Shown here piece after piece: positions 1 through 8,245 of a stretch of 50,826 nucleotides of DNA. The position numbers and the translations under genes were made by a program. The DNA comes from a virus (taxonomy: Duplodnaviria; Heunggongvirae; Uroviricota; Caudoviricetes): IMG/VR virus record IMGVR_UViG_3300028025_001180, one strand, 5' to 3'. Numbering within the stretch: the stretch's first letter is position 1; every line of letters begins with the position of its first letter. Under the pieces are notes generated by a model. It was not told the DNA's origin, did no database searches, and saw only the letters and a program-made list of their open reading frames with translations.

Positions 1-38
1 ACCAAACATCCCCTAGGGTCATGCTATAACTTGACAAA

Positions 39-54
39 CGTTCCACGTGGAACA
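39..54. promoter_or_regulatory. parS: parS-like centromere site (ParB binding palindrome)
   Basis: CGTTCCACGTGGAACA: perfect 14-bp palindrome GTTCCACGTGGAAC (40-53), 15/16 match to chromosomal parS TGTTCCACGTGGAACA; intergenic. Confidence 0.75.
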
Positions 55-204
55 TTCCCCTGCTTTGAACCCAAAATTTTCCTAGCCCCCCACACCCTTT
101 GTGTCCATGGGGGAGTAGCCCTATCCATATCACAACCCCCCATACAATTTGGGGGAACGACACATCCCCCCTAATTAATTAATTAACGTTTAAAAAACAA
201 ACAG

Positions 205-606
205 ATGCAAAAAACAAACATCTTAAGTGGCAGATGGTCACAAGCAGGAAACTTCACAGGTAAGAACTTATCAGGTGAAAGAATTTTCATTTCAAAAGAT
301 TTAATGGCATCTTTGGGCTATTCAGCAGGTGACGTGACGACAAGCTTTTCTTGTGCTTACAAGACTGACTTGATTGGACAACTTGACGAGAAGGGTAATC
401 CAAAGGTTGATGCTAACACAGGTGAGCCTGTTCAAGTGGCTCGTGTTAATGCAACAGCAGTATTCACTACAGCAGACGAAATGCATCAAGCATTTGCTGA
501 TGATGCAGGACATGACATTGCTATCAAAGCAAAGGTTAAAGCTTCAGCAGAATCTGTAGGCTTGACAGAAAGTGCAATCAACAGCTTATTGTCAGTGGCA
601 TTCTAA
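205..606 (+). CDS. hypothetical protein (first early gene)
   Basis: 133 aa ORF, A-rich leader (AAAAAACAAACAG-ATG), followed by a strong hairpin; no family recognised. Confidence 0.85.
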   Translation: MQKTNILSGRWSQAGNFTGKNLSGERIFISKDLMASLGYSAGDVTTSFSCAYKTDLIGQLDEKGNPKVDANTGEPVQVARVNATAVFTTADEMHQAFADDAGHDIAIKAKVKASAESVGLTESAINSLLSVAF

Positions 607-612
607 ACTAAT

Positions 613-648
613 AGAGAGTAGTGTTCCTTAATTGGAACATTGCTCTCT
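613..648 (+). terminator. hairpin, probable intrinsic terminator
   Basis: AGAGAGTAGTGTTCC-TTAATT-GGAACATTGCTCTCT, 15-bp stem with 2 G:U pairs, just after the 205..606 stop; T-tract weak. Confidence 0.65.
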
Positions 649-660
649 TATTATATATAA

Positions 661-691
661 GGGTGGGTCATTGATGACTAATTAGGGTGGG
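661..691 (+). other. putative G-quadruplex motif
   Basis: GGG-T-GGG-N17-GGG-T-GGG; the long loop contains the TCA-TTGA-TGA hairpin. Confidence 0.45.
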
Positions 692-1034
692 ATTTACACA
701 TTACACTGTTATAACTAACTGATTATCAATACATTCTGTGTGAATGTGAGAATGGGTGTGTGTTAAATACCCACATATTGACACATTTTGACACATCATT
801 AATTCACGCTATACAATACAATATATATAGCATTAACTGACATTTATATGAGAACATATTGGATTACAAACTATAGCTCTATAGGACTGACTATAGGTGT
901 AGGTAAGAGTATTATCACTAGTAAAGATATAATTATTCCTAAGAGAGTTATACACTTTACAATAGGGATTCTGTTCTGGACCTATGTTATCAATATAGAT
1001 ATATAATGTACCATTTCTATTTCCCAAGGATAGA

Positions 1035-1091
1035 CAGATGTAAGATATAGGGGGAAGCCTCTATTATAAAGACCTAGTCGTCTTACATTTG
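1035..1091. ncRNA. candidate three-way-junction structured RNA/DNA
   Basis: outer stem CAGATGTAAGA/TCTTACATTTG, inner stems ATAGGGG-GAAG-CCTCTAT and GAC-CTA-GTC; intergenic; no family recognised. Confidence 0.3.
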
Positions 1092-1198
1092 AGTACAGAG
1101 GGATTTATTTGTTGCGTCATGACATACACATAAGAATATACAGCTAAGGCAACATAGGCTATATATTCGCTTTACACACACAATCAAAACACACGATT

Positions 1199-1420
1199 AT
1201 GAAATTAATCAAGCATCTCATTAACATTATGTTCCTATGGAGCATTCCTTTCATTCTATTAGGGTTCTTTAACGTTCTTACATGGTTTTCATTCAGCTAT
1301 ACAGCTGCTGTGACATCTAATGTATTTATGGTGGTTATATTCTTCTATTGCCTATTGTCATCCATATTGTATATGGTGAGCTTGGGTGAGATAGATGACA
1401 TGTCAATCCTTAAACCATAA
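1199..1420 (+). CDS. small membrane protein
   Basis: 73 aa with two hydrophobic segments; A/C-rich leader. Confidence 0.7.
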   Translation: MKLIKHLINIMFLWSIPFILLGFFNVLTWFSFSYTAAVTSNVFMVVIFFYCLLSSILYMVSLGEIDDMSILKP

Positions 1421-1481
1421 TACAATGAACGAACTTCCTGACTTTATAACAATACAATATTAGTGGTTAGTTTGTGTGAAT

Positions 1482-1515
1482 AGGGCTCTGCTCCCCCAGC
1501 AGGGTCCTTATTTTA
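1482..1515 (+). terminator. intrinsic terminator-like hairpin
   Basis: AGGGCTCTGCT-CCCCC-AGCAGGGTCCT followed by TATTTTA. Confidence 0.6.
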
Positions 1516-1560
1516 TACACTGACCTATATTTGCTAACACATACACTAAAAACAAACGAT

Positions 1561-2112
1561 ATGTTTACATTAGCTAAACTCGTATTAAAATCATACATGC
1601 CCAAGCGTTTAGAAAAGGGCATGTGGTTTAAAAGAGAACACAGTGATGTGCTCTTAGGTGACGTATATAATTACTTCACCATATATGAACTAAAAGAGAT
1701 ACCAAATGACATGTATCATTATATGTCTATCAATGGTGCACCTGTTGAGCCATACATTGTACAGCCAACACAGAATAGAGATGATAAAGAAGAAATCCTT
1801 GCAACACCTGACCAAATAGGTTGGTGGGACCAAGGTGATACAAGTGATGACTTGGAGGATATTACCATTGACATCATCAATAGCTATATATATGGTGAAG
1901 ATGGTGAAGATGGTTATATAGCATTGGAAGTCTTTGACTCTGAAGATGAAGATGGAATACATAGAAATGTAGTCTTTTTTCATAACAAGGTGACTATTAG
2001 ACATATATCATTTGTAGATGAAGGTGATGAGAATTGGGAAGATGATATAGATGAAGATGATTTAACAGACAACGATCCTGAACCAAAAGACGCAGACCAT
2101 GAAACAGAATAA
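1561..2112 (+). CDS. acidic hypothetical protein
   Basis: ORF 1531..2112, likely ATG start at 1561 (MFTLAKL) after an A-rich leader; very D/E-rich C-terminus. Confidence 0.85.
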   Translation: MFTLAKLVLKSYMPKRLEKGMWFKREHSDVLLGDVYNYFTIYELKEIPNDMYHYMSINGAPVEPYIVQPTQNRDDKEEILATPDQIGWWDQGDTSDDLEDITIDIINSYIYGEDGEDGYIALEVFDSEDEDGIHRNVVFFHNKVTIRHISFVDEGDENWEDDIDEDDLTDNDPEPKDADHETE

Positions 2113-2308
2113 TAACATTCAAAACGAAATAGCTATGAGAAATATCTTAGAATTATTTAAAAACAAGCAAAAGACAGAAGACAGACCCAAAATCACTGTA
2201 AAGATCAACAAACCATTTACACCAACAGAGCGTGAAAAGTTCAATCAATGGTGTAAAGAGTTGAATGTCAGTGCTATGTGGGACGATAATAAATTAAGGT
2301 TAGGTTAA
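2099..2308 (+). CDS. hypothetical protein
   Basis: 69 aa ORF overlapping the upstream stop, followed by a terminator. Confidence 0.7.
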   Translation: MKQNNNIQNEIAMRNILELFKNKQKTEDRPKITVKINKPFTPTEREKFNQWCKELNVSAMWDDNKLRLG

Positions 2309-2329
2309 TAGTGTGGTTAGTAAAGCGAG

Positions 2330-2356
2330 AGCCCTGCAGAAATGTGGGGCTTTTTT
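2330..2356 (+). terminator. intrinsic terminator
   Basis: AGCCCTGCA-GAAA-TGTGGGGCT followed by TTTTT. Confidence 0.8.
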
Positions 2357-2406
2357 ATTACACTATACATATGAAAATTTTTACTCACTCATTAAAAACA
2401 ACACAC

Positions 2407-2715
2407 ATGAGAAAGAAAGGATCAAACAACTATTCCAGAAAGGAATTAAGAACAATCAAGACAATGATGATGGATAACAAAAAGACTGTAAAGCCTATGT
2501 CCATGGTTAAGTTATCAAAGTTTGTAGCTGGTGCATTGAACAGACCATCTAATGGTGTCTACATTAAAATGTTAGATATGTCACCAAAAAAGACTAAGCG
2601 TCAAGCAGTTGTAACAAATACAGTGTCTACAAAGATGCCTATTAAAAGGTCTGTTACATTTAGAAAGCCAAGTAAGATAGAGATATCTGAAACAGGTATG
2701 ACATTCTTCTTTTAA
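2407..2715 (+). CDS. basic hypothetical protein
   Basis: the ORF-track start (2311) runs through the terminator; ATG 2407 after TAAAAACAACACAC is more plausible; K/R-rich. Confidence 0.75.
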   Translation: MRKKGSNNYSRKELRTIKTMMMDNKKTVKPMSMVKLSKFVAGALNRPSNGVYIKMLDMSPKKTKRQAVVTNTVSTKMPIKRSVTFRKPSKIEISETGMTFFF

Positions 2716-2733
2716 CCACTAATACTATCACAC

Positions 2734-2973
2734 ATGTCTTACAGCCTAATCTTTAGTGCAAAACCACATTGCACACATACAATTACAGTGTACGAACCAG
2801 ACCAACAAGATTCTTCTTATAGAAGAAGTATTAAAGCGTGCTCAAGACTAATAGATGCTATATTTGCTGCCAAAGCACATTATACACCATCTAGACGTTT
2901 ACATGTCAAGGGACGCAGATATATGTACATAAGTTCTGATGAGTACAAACTTATTAGATTTAAAAACTATTAG
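2734..2973 (+). CDS. hypothetical protein
   Basis: 79 aa ORF, A/C-rich leader. Confidence 0.7.
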   Translation: MSYSLIFSAKPHCTHTITVYEPDQQDSSYRRSIKACSRLIDAIFAAKAHYTPSRRLHVKGRRYMYISSDEYKLIRFKNY

Positions 2974-2988
2974 AATGGTATATTTTAT

Positions 2989-2996
2989 TATCTTTG
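2989..2996 (+). promoter_or_regulatory. Bacteroidota -7 promoter element
   Basis: intergenic TATCTTTG (TAnnTTTG); no matching -33 TTG. Confidence 0.45.
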
Positions 2997-3065
2997 TATT
3001 GTTGATATGGATATGGATTATTACTGAATTTATAAATGCTCCATATCAATCTAATACAAATAAAA

Positions 3066-3272
3066 ATGATTCTACAACTCAATCCAATGATTCCAATCCT
3101 GAGGCTGAGTGATAAAATGGAAGGTTATGCTTTCTTGGTTATAGACTATAGCCAAGAGCATAATCTTCTATTTACCTGTGCAATGGATGATGGTGAAATA
3201 TGGACACTCACAAACAAGGAGATTAGATTCTGCAAGAACATTTCTTTAGAAAGATATAATATAAATCTATGA
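3066..3272 (+). CDS. conserved phage hypothetical protein
   Basis: MILQLNP..P..GYAFLVIDYSQEH...GEIW..N.EIR pattern recalled from diverse phages; ATG at 3066. Confidence 0.75.
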   Translation: MILQLNPMIPILRLSDKMEGYAFLVIDYSQEHNLLFTCAMDDGEIWTLTNKEIRFCKNISLERYNINL

Positions 3273-3388
3273 TAGTACTATTCTACATTCAAATTGTCCT
3301 AGCAGTAATCTGCTGGGCTTACATGGTAACTTACGTATATGAACGTTTAAAAGACAAATATGGCAAAGGCAACAAACAAAAAGACTAA
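3269..3388 (+). CDS. small single-pass membrane protein (not in ORF track)
   Basis: 39 aa MIVLFYIQIVLAVICWAYMVTYVYERLKDKYGKGNKQKD, ATGA overlap with the upstream stop. Confidence 0.5.
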   Translation: MIVLFYIQIVLAVICWAYMVTYVYERLKDKYGKGNKQKD

Positions 3389-3629
3389 TGATTTAAAGGC
3401 ATTCTTATTTATATCAGTGGATAAAGGTAAGGTGAGTACAATTTATGATACTTACAACGATCCTGTATCATTAGCTGCAGCATTTACTACAGCAATGCAA
3501 ACAGATACAGAGTTGTTTGACATCCTAAGTGTTGCATTCATTACATTTCTTGAGGATAAAGAGAAACATAGTTCTAAAAAGAGCAATAAGTTGCCTAAAA
3601 CAGTGAAAAAAGAGGCAAAAAGGAAATAA
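3360..3629 (+). CDS. hypothetical protein
   Basis: 89 aa ORF, basic tail. Confidence 0.75.
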   Translation: MAKATNKKTNDLKAFLFISVDKGKVSTIYDTYNDPVSLAAAFTTAMQTDTELFDILSVAFITFLEDKEKHSSKKSNKLPKTVKKEAKRK

Positions 3630-3660
3630 ATTTCCAATAACATGCATTAAATTACACATT

Positions 3661-3873
3661 ATGAAGTGGGAAATAGTTAACAATGAACCTAAACTAGGTG
3701 AAATAAGATTTAAGACTAAGTTTGCATGGTTACCAACAAGAGTTATTAGCAAACTAACAGACACTGATCATATGATATGGTTTGAGTTATACATTGAAGA
3801 ACAAGAGTATAAATGTACATCAGATGGTTGGGAATACTATTGGAAAACTGTAGGTAGAACAATACATGTATAA
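3661..3873 (+). CDS. hypothetical protein
   Basis: 70 aa ORF, stop/start coupled to the next gene; FAWLP motif. Confidence 0.7.
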   Translation: MKWEIVNNEPKLGEIRFKTKFAWLPTRVISKLTDTDHMIWFELYIEEQEYKCTSDGWEYYWKTVGRTIHV

Positions 3874-4076
3874 TGGAAAGATACATAGCAGCAGAAGATA
3901 TAATAGCTAACATCAAAGCATATAGACACTCTCTAAACTATGATGACCAGTTTGATTTTGACATGGAAACAAAGAGAATAAAACTGAGTGATAAACGTAG
4001 AGAGACGCTTAAGAGCACAATACGTGCTTCAGAGTATAGAATGAATAGATATGGTGTACACAAAGATAAAAAATAA
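3873..4076 (+). CDS. hypothetical protein
   Basis: 67 aa, TAATG coupling. Confidence 0.7.
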   Translation: MERYIAAEDIIANIKAYRHSLNYDDQFDFDMETKRIKLSDKRRETLKSTIRASEYRMNRYGVHKDKK

Positions 4077-4079
4077 ACT

Positions 4080-6032
4080 ATGAACATACTCATCTATGAT
4101 ATTGAGACAATGCAGGAGTTATTCCTCATTGGCATATATAATCCTGAGAGCAACACTTATACAGAGTTTGAAGTGAGTAAGGATAAGAACCAACTAGATG
4201 GGTATATGAGGTTTATTGAACAACACCCTGAATACTATTGGGTTGGTTATAACAACTTACGCTTTGACTCTCAAGTGATTGAGTGGATCTTGCGTAACTA
4301 TGAAGATTGGCATGAGCTCACAGCTCTTGAGACAGCTGCTAAGATAGCACAAAAGGCTGCTGATATCATACATGATGCTAACTATGATGTATTCCCTGAG
4401 TATAGAGAAGAATGGCTTACACTTAAACAAATAGATGTATTCAGAGTGAACCACTATGATAACAAGAATAGAATGGTTAGCTTGAAGAGACTAGAGTTTG
4501 AGATGGATCTTGAGAACATTGAGGAGATGCCTATTCATCATACAAAGACTAACATGACAGATGAAGAGATTCAAATGACTAAAGACTATTGTAAGAATGA
4601 TGTTATGGCTACCTATGAGTTCTACAAGGTAACAACAGGTAACACTGAGCATCCATTGTACAAGGGTAACAACCAGATAGAGCTAAGACAAGATATTGAA
4701 GAAGAGTTTGGTATACCATGCTTAAACTATTCTGACTCTAAGATTGGTGATGAGATGATTAAGAAGTTCTATTGTCAAGAGAAGAATATACAATACTCTG
4801 ATCTACCAAGAAAAGGATTGTTTAGAACTGAAGTGAAGGTTAAGCATTGTATTGCTGATTACATTACATTCCAAACACCAAAGCTACAAGAGTTTCTAAA
4901 GACCATAAGCAAAGAGAAGCTAACTATTAAAGATGAATTTAAAGAATCAGTAGAGTTTTATGACAACATATACACTTTTGCAAAGGGTGGCTTACATACA
5001 GAAAACAAGCCTAAGATATTTGAAGCTGATGCTGATCATATTATTGTGGATTGGGATGTATCCAGTTACTACCCTGCTATCATTATTAATAATGGTAAAT
5101 ATCCCCATCATTTGGGCCCTGAGTTCCTTAGAGGATACAAAACCATGTTTGATAAAAGGTTGGAGCTCAAACCACTTGCTAAAAAGGATAAAAAGATTAA
5201 GGGTATTGTTGGGGCACTTAAACTCGCAGTTAATTCAGTTTATGGTAAGTCTTCTGACATGCAGTCTTGGATCTATGACAGACAGCTCACAATGTTCACA
5301 ACCATTACAGGAGAACTAAGTCTTCTGATGCTCATCGAAGCATATGAACTAGCTGATATACATATTATATCTGCAAATACAGATGGTGTAACAATCAAGT
5401 TACACAATGACAAAGTTGAGAAGATGTATGAGATTAACAAGTGGTGGATGGATCTAACCAGTTATGAGTTAGAACGTACAGACTATGCTAAGATTATATT
5501 CTCAACAGTAAATGACTATCTAGCAATCAAAACAGATGGAGAAATCAAAAAGAAAGGCGACTTTCTTACAGACTTTGAGCTACATAAGAATAAGAGTGCT
5601 CGTATTGTGCCTATTGCACTGGAGCAGTTTTTTGTTAATGATGTGCCTGTGGCTGATACCATTCGCAATCACACAAACATATATGACTATTGTCTCAGGC
5701 AGAAAGCTAGTAAAGACTTTCACTATGAAGGTCATAGCAAAGAGACAAAGACAGTCTACAATAAGCTGATTAGATATTATGTATCTAATACAGGAGAGAA
5801 GCTACTGAAGGTGAAGAATGAGAATTCAGATAGCACAGCTGTTGATGTATCACAAGTGGAAGCAGGTGAATGGGTAATGACAGTATGTAATTATCTAAAA
5901 CCAAACCATCCATTAGATAATATCAATCATGCATATTATATAGAGCGTGCTGAACGCATAATACATAAGATACAACTAGAAGGTAAGAAACGCAAAGTTA
6001 TTGTTAACCCTAATCAAATGAGTTTGTTCTAA
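4080..6032 (+). CDS. polB: DNA polymerase family B
   Basis: ExoI IYDIE, ExoII GYNNLRFD, motif A DVSSYYP, motif B KLAVNSVYGK, motif C ANTDG. Confidence 0.93.
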   Translation: MNILIYDIETMQELFLIGIYNPESNTYTEFEVSKDKNQLDGYMRFIEQHPEYYWVGYNNLRFDSQVIEWILRNYEDWHELTALETAAKIAQKAADIIHDANYDVFPEYREEWLTLKQIDVFRVNHYDNKNRMVSLKRLEFEMDLENIEEMPIHHTKTNMTDEEIQMTKDYCKNDVMATYEFYKVTTGNTEHPLYKGNNQIELRQDIEEEFGIPCLNYSDSKIGDEMIKKFYCQEKNIQYSDLPRKGLFRTEVKVKHCIADYITFQTPKLQEFLKTISKEKLTIKDEFKESVEFYDNIYTFAKGGLHTENKPKIFEADADHIIVDWDVSSYYPAIIINNGKYPHHLGPEFLRGYKTMFDKRLELKPLAKKDKKIKGIVGALKLAVNSVYGKSSDMQSWIYDRQLTMFTTITGELSLLMLIEAYELADIHIISANTDGVTIKLHNDKVEKMYEINKWWMDLTSYELERTDYAKIIFSTVNDYLAIKTDGEIKKKGDFLTDFELHKNKSARIVPIALEQFFVNDVPVADTIRNHTNIYDYCLRQKASKDFHYEGHSKETKTVYNKLIRYYVSNTGEKLLKVKNENSDSTAVDVSQVEAGEWVMTVCNYLKPNHPLDNINHAYYIERAERIIHKIQLEGKKRKVIVNPNQMSLF

Positions 6033-6286
6033 TGGCAAAGATAAATAGAGAGAACATAGCTGATCATCTAGTCGATTACCAGTTAGGTATAATTGGTAAG
6101 TCTACACAAGAAGCATATATGACTAAAGAGTGGTATAGCAAATGGACCATGACACAAGAACAACACGATGAGTTCAAAGCTTACGCTATACCATTAATGA
6201 AGAAGGTATTTAAAATAAACAAATCAAGAGCTGAGGCAAACTTTCAATGGTTTGATTTACAGTTTGGATTACGCATAAAAGATTAA
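6032..6286 (+). CDS. hypothetical protein
   Basis: 84 aa, coupled to the polB stop. Confidence 0.75.
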   Translation: MAKINRENIADHLVDYQLGIIGKSTQEAYMTKEWYSKWTMTQEQHDEFKAYAIPLMKKVFKINKSRAEANFQWFDLQFGLRIKD

Positions 6287-6289
6287 TTT

Positions 6290-6466
6290 ATGACTAATCA
6301 AAAATACATAATAAGCTCTGTGAAAACAGGCTCTACCAGATCTTTGTCTAGACGAGGAACAAATTGGTGGATATACACAACAACACCTAGAAAGAAGAAA
6401 CACAGTGGTCCATTCTATTCTAGATGGGAAGCACAACAACAATTAGATCAAATATTAAACAGATAA
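6290..6466 (+). CDS. hypothetical protein (not in ORF track)
   Basis: 58 aa MTNQKYIISS...QLDQILNR exactly fills the gap between neighbours. Confidence 0.55.
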   Translation: MTNQKYIISSVKTGSTRSLSRRGTNWWIYTTTPRKKKHSGPFYSRWEAQQQLDQILNR

Positions 6467-6468
6467 TT

Positions 6469-7026
6469 ATGGGAGCAACTTGGTTTGAAATAAGCAAACG
6501 TGGTACTTCATTAAGTAACGCATATAAATCTGCATGTGATGAAGCAGAAGAAGAATATGGTCATCAAGATGGCTATAATGGTACAATCAGTACTACGACT
6601 GATGCTACAGATGAAACAGAACTATATAACAAAAGTAAGTTTACTAGTATAGATGCTTATATAAATAGTAGAAGTCTTAACATGAACAAAAGAAATTGTT
6701 CTGCTATTTGTGTTGAGAAGCCTGTAGCTAATAACAATAAAACTAAGTCTCAAGTTACTAACTTGGTAACAAAAGGGACAAAGAAATGGGTTTTAAAATA
6801 TACAGTGGGATTACAAGCAGATGATTCACCACTTGGTTCATATGACACTAAAGGTGAAGCTGTTGAGAAAGCTAGAAAGTACACAGAAATGACAGGCGAA
6901 ACCACTGAAGTGTATATGGAAAAACTACTTGAAAAAGTAACACCTATTGTAGCTCGTATAACATATAAAAAGTCTACAACAGAGAAACCAGGTAAATGGA
7001 TATTCTTTGGTTACGCAGCAGAATAA
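6469..7026 (+). CDS. hypothetical protein
   Basis: ORF 6424..7026, likely start MGATWF at 6469. Confidence 0.8.
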   Translation: MGATWFEISKRGTSLSNAYKSACDEAEEEYGHQDGYNGTISTTTDATDETELYNKSKFTSIDAYINSRSLNMNKRNCSAICVEKPVANNNKTKSQVTNLVTKGTKKWVLKYTVGLQADDSPLGSYDTKGEAVEKARKYTEMTGETTEVYMEKLLEKVTPIVARITYKKSTTEKPGKWIFFGYAAE

Positions 7027-7033
7027 TATTATT

Positions 7034-7249
7034 ATGGCACATAGACCAATGACAACTAGAGAGTTGTATAAAGGAGGAGCAAGATTACCAACAAAAAACA
7101 TACTTAACACAACATTAGTCACTCAACTTGAGGTGATAGAAGATGGTGTAGTTAAGTATTATAATTGGAATAATAATGCTAAAGTGATAGCGTTGATAGA
7201 CGATACACATAAGACACTACGTATATACATTAATCATAAAAACAAATAA
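7034..7249 (+). CDS. hypothetical protein
   Basis: ORF 7007..7249, likely start MAHRPM at 7034. Confidence 0.7.
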   Translation: MAHRPMTTRELYKGGARLPTKNILNTTLVTQLEVIEDGVVKYYNWNNNAKVIALIDDTHKTLRIYINHKNK

Positions 7250-7250
7250 C

Positions 7251-7475
7251 ATGCCAGATATAAGTATGTGCCATGGTGGTAGTTGTTCACTAAGACTGAA
7301 CTGCTACAGATATACAGCTGAAGCTGAATCATTAGGTCAATCCTATTTTACAGAACCTCCATATAAAATGAACATGATGTTAGATGACAACGATCTAAAC
7401 TTAGGTGTTGTAACAACAGCATGTGCTTATTTTTGGAACAATACAAGATATAAAAAAGATGTTAAAACAACTTAG
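7251..7475 (+). CDS. Cys-rich small phage protein (probable metal binder)
   Basis: MPDISMC..GSC.LRLNCYRY...QSYF..PP...CAYFW pattern typical of Bacteroidota phages. Confidence 0.75.
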   Translation: MPDISMCHGGSCSLRLNCYRYTAEAESLGQSYFTEPPYKMNMMLDDNDLNLGVVTTACAYFWNNTRYKKDVKTT

Positions 7476-7650
7476 TTTTGATTGGGAGCACGAAGCTCAA
7501 AAAGATTTAGTATATTTGCATGAGACACAACAGATACTTGAAGAGGAGATTAAAAGAGTAACAAAACTACCTGCTCAGATAGTGGTAATTGATAAAGACA
7601 AAATACTAAACAGAGAACATGAACATCAAAGTAACCCCTTACCATTTTGA
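7459..7650 (+). CDS. hypothetical protein
   Basis: ORF 7423..7650, likely start MLKQLS at 7459. Confidence 0.65.
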   Translation: MLKQLSFDWEHEAQKDLVYLHETQQILEEEIKRVTKLPAQIVVIDKDKILNREHEHQSNPLPF

Positions 7651-8245
7651 GCAGTTGCTTAAAGATGGATATACATTAGACATGATATTTCTTCTCAAGC
7701 TGATAGATGAAGAATTTGACATCAAGACATTAGCTGAAGGAGGAGCAAAGACAGACATGCTATGTCAAACCTTACGTAGAAAAGGATTAGTGTCTGAACA
7801 ATTTAAGATTACAGTTCTTGGTAGGAATCTATTAGAATTCATGAACACACGTGCTAAGACTAGCAAGATTGTAAAGAAAACACAAACCTTTGCTGAGTTT
7901 GAGAGATGGTGGGCTGCATATCCAGGAACAGATATCTTTACACATAAAGGTAAAAGCTTCTCAGGTGGTAGAACATTGCGTGTAAGTAAAGATGAATGTC
8001 AACTAAAACTAGATGCTATCCTTGCTGAAGGAGAACATACTATTGATCAGCTCATAGCAGCATTAGAATATGAAGTGGCACAGAAGAAAGAGAATTCTTT
8101 CAAGACAGGTACAAATAGACTAACATACATGCAAGGCAGTATAACCTATTTGAATCAACGCTCATTTCAAAACTATATAGAGCTTATCAATCAGGGTGTG
8201 GTAATTAAAGAGGCTGACGAACCAATTAAAGGAATGGATATATGA
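7619..8245 (+). CDS. putative replication initiator / helicase loader
   Basis: N-terminal wHTH-like segment, FERWWAAYP motif of phage replisome-organizer C-domains, directly upstream of DnaB. Confidence 0.55.
   Translation: MNIKVTPYHFEQLLKDGYTLDMIFLLKLIDEEFDIKTLAEGGAKTDMLCQTLRRKGLVSEQFKITVLGRNLLEFMNTRAKTSKIVKKTQTFAEFERWWAAYPGTDIFTHKGKSFSGGRTLRVSKDECQLKLDAILAEGEHTIDQLIAALEYEVAQKKENSFKTGTNRLTYMQGSITYLNQRSFQNYIELINQGVVIKEADEPIKGMDI

Noticed and set aside
31-36. TTGACA sigma70-like -35
   Set aside because: No -10 at 16-18 nt spacing, and the window otherwise uses Bacteroidota-type promoters.
833-1027. 64-aa minus-strand ORF in the non-coding block
   Set aside because: Isolated against the direction of all neighbours, no promoter or motif; more likely non-coding.
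1035-1091. Hammerhead ribozyme
   Set aside because: Three-way junction present but the conserved CUGANGA and GAAA core is absent on both strands.
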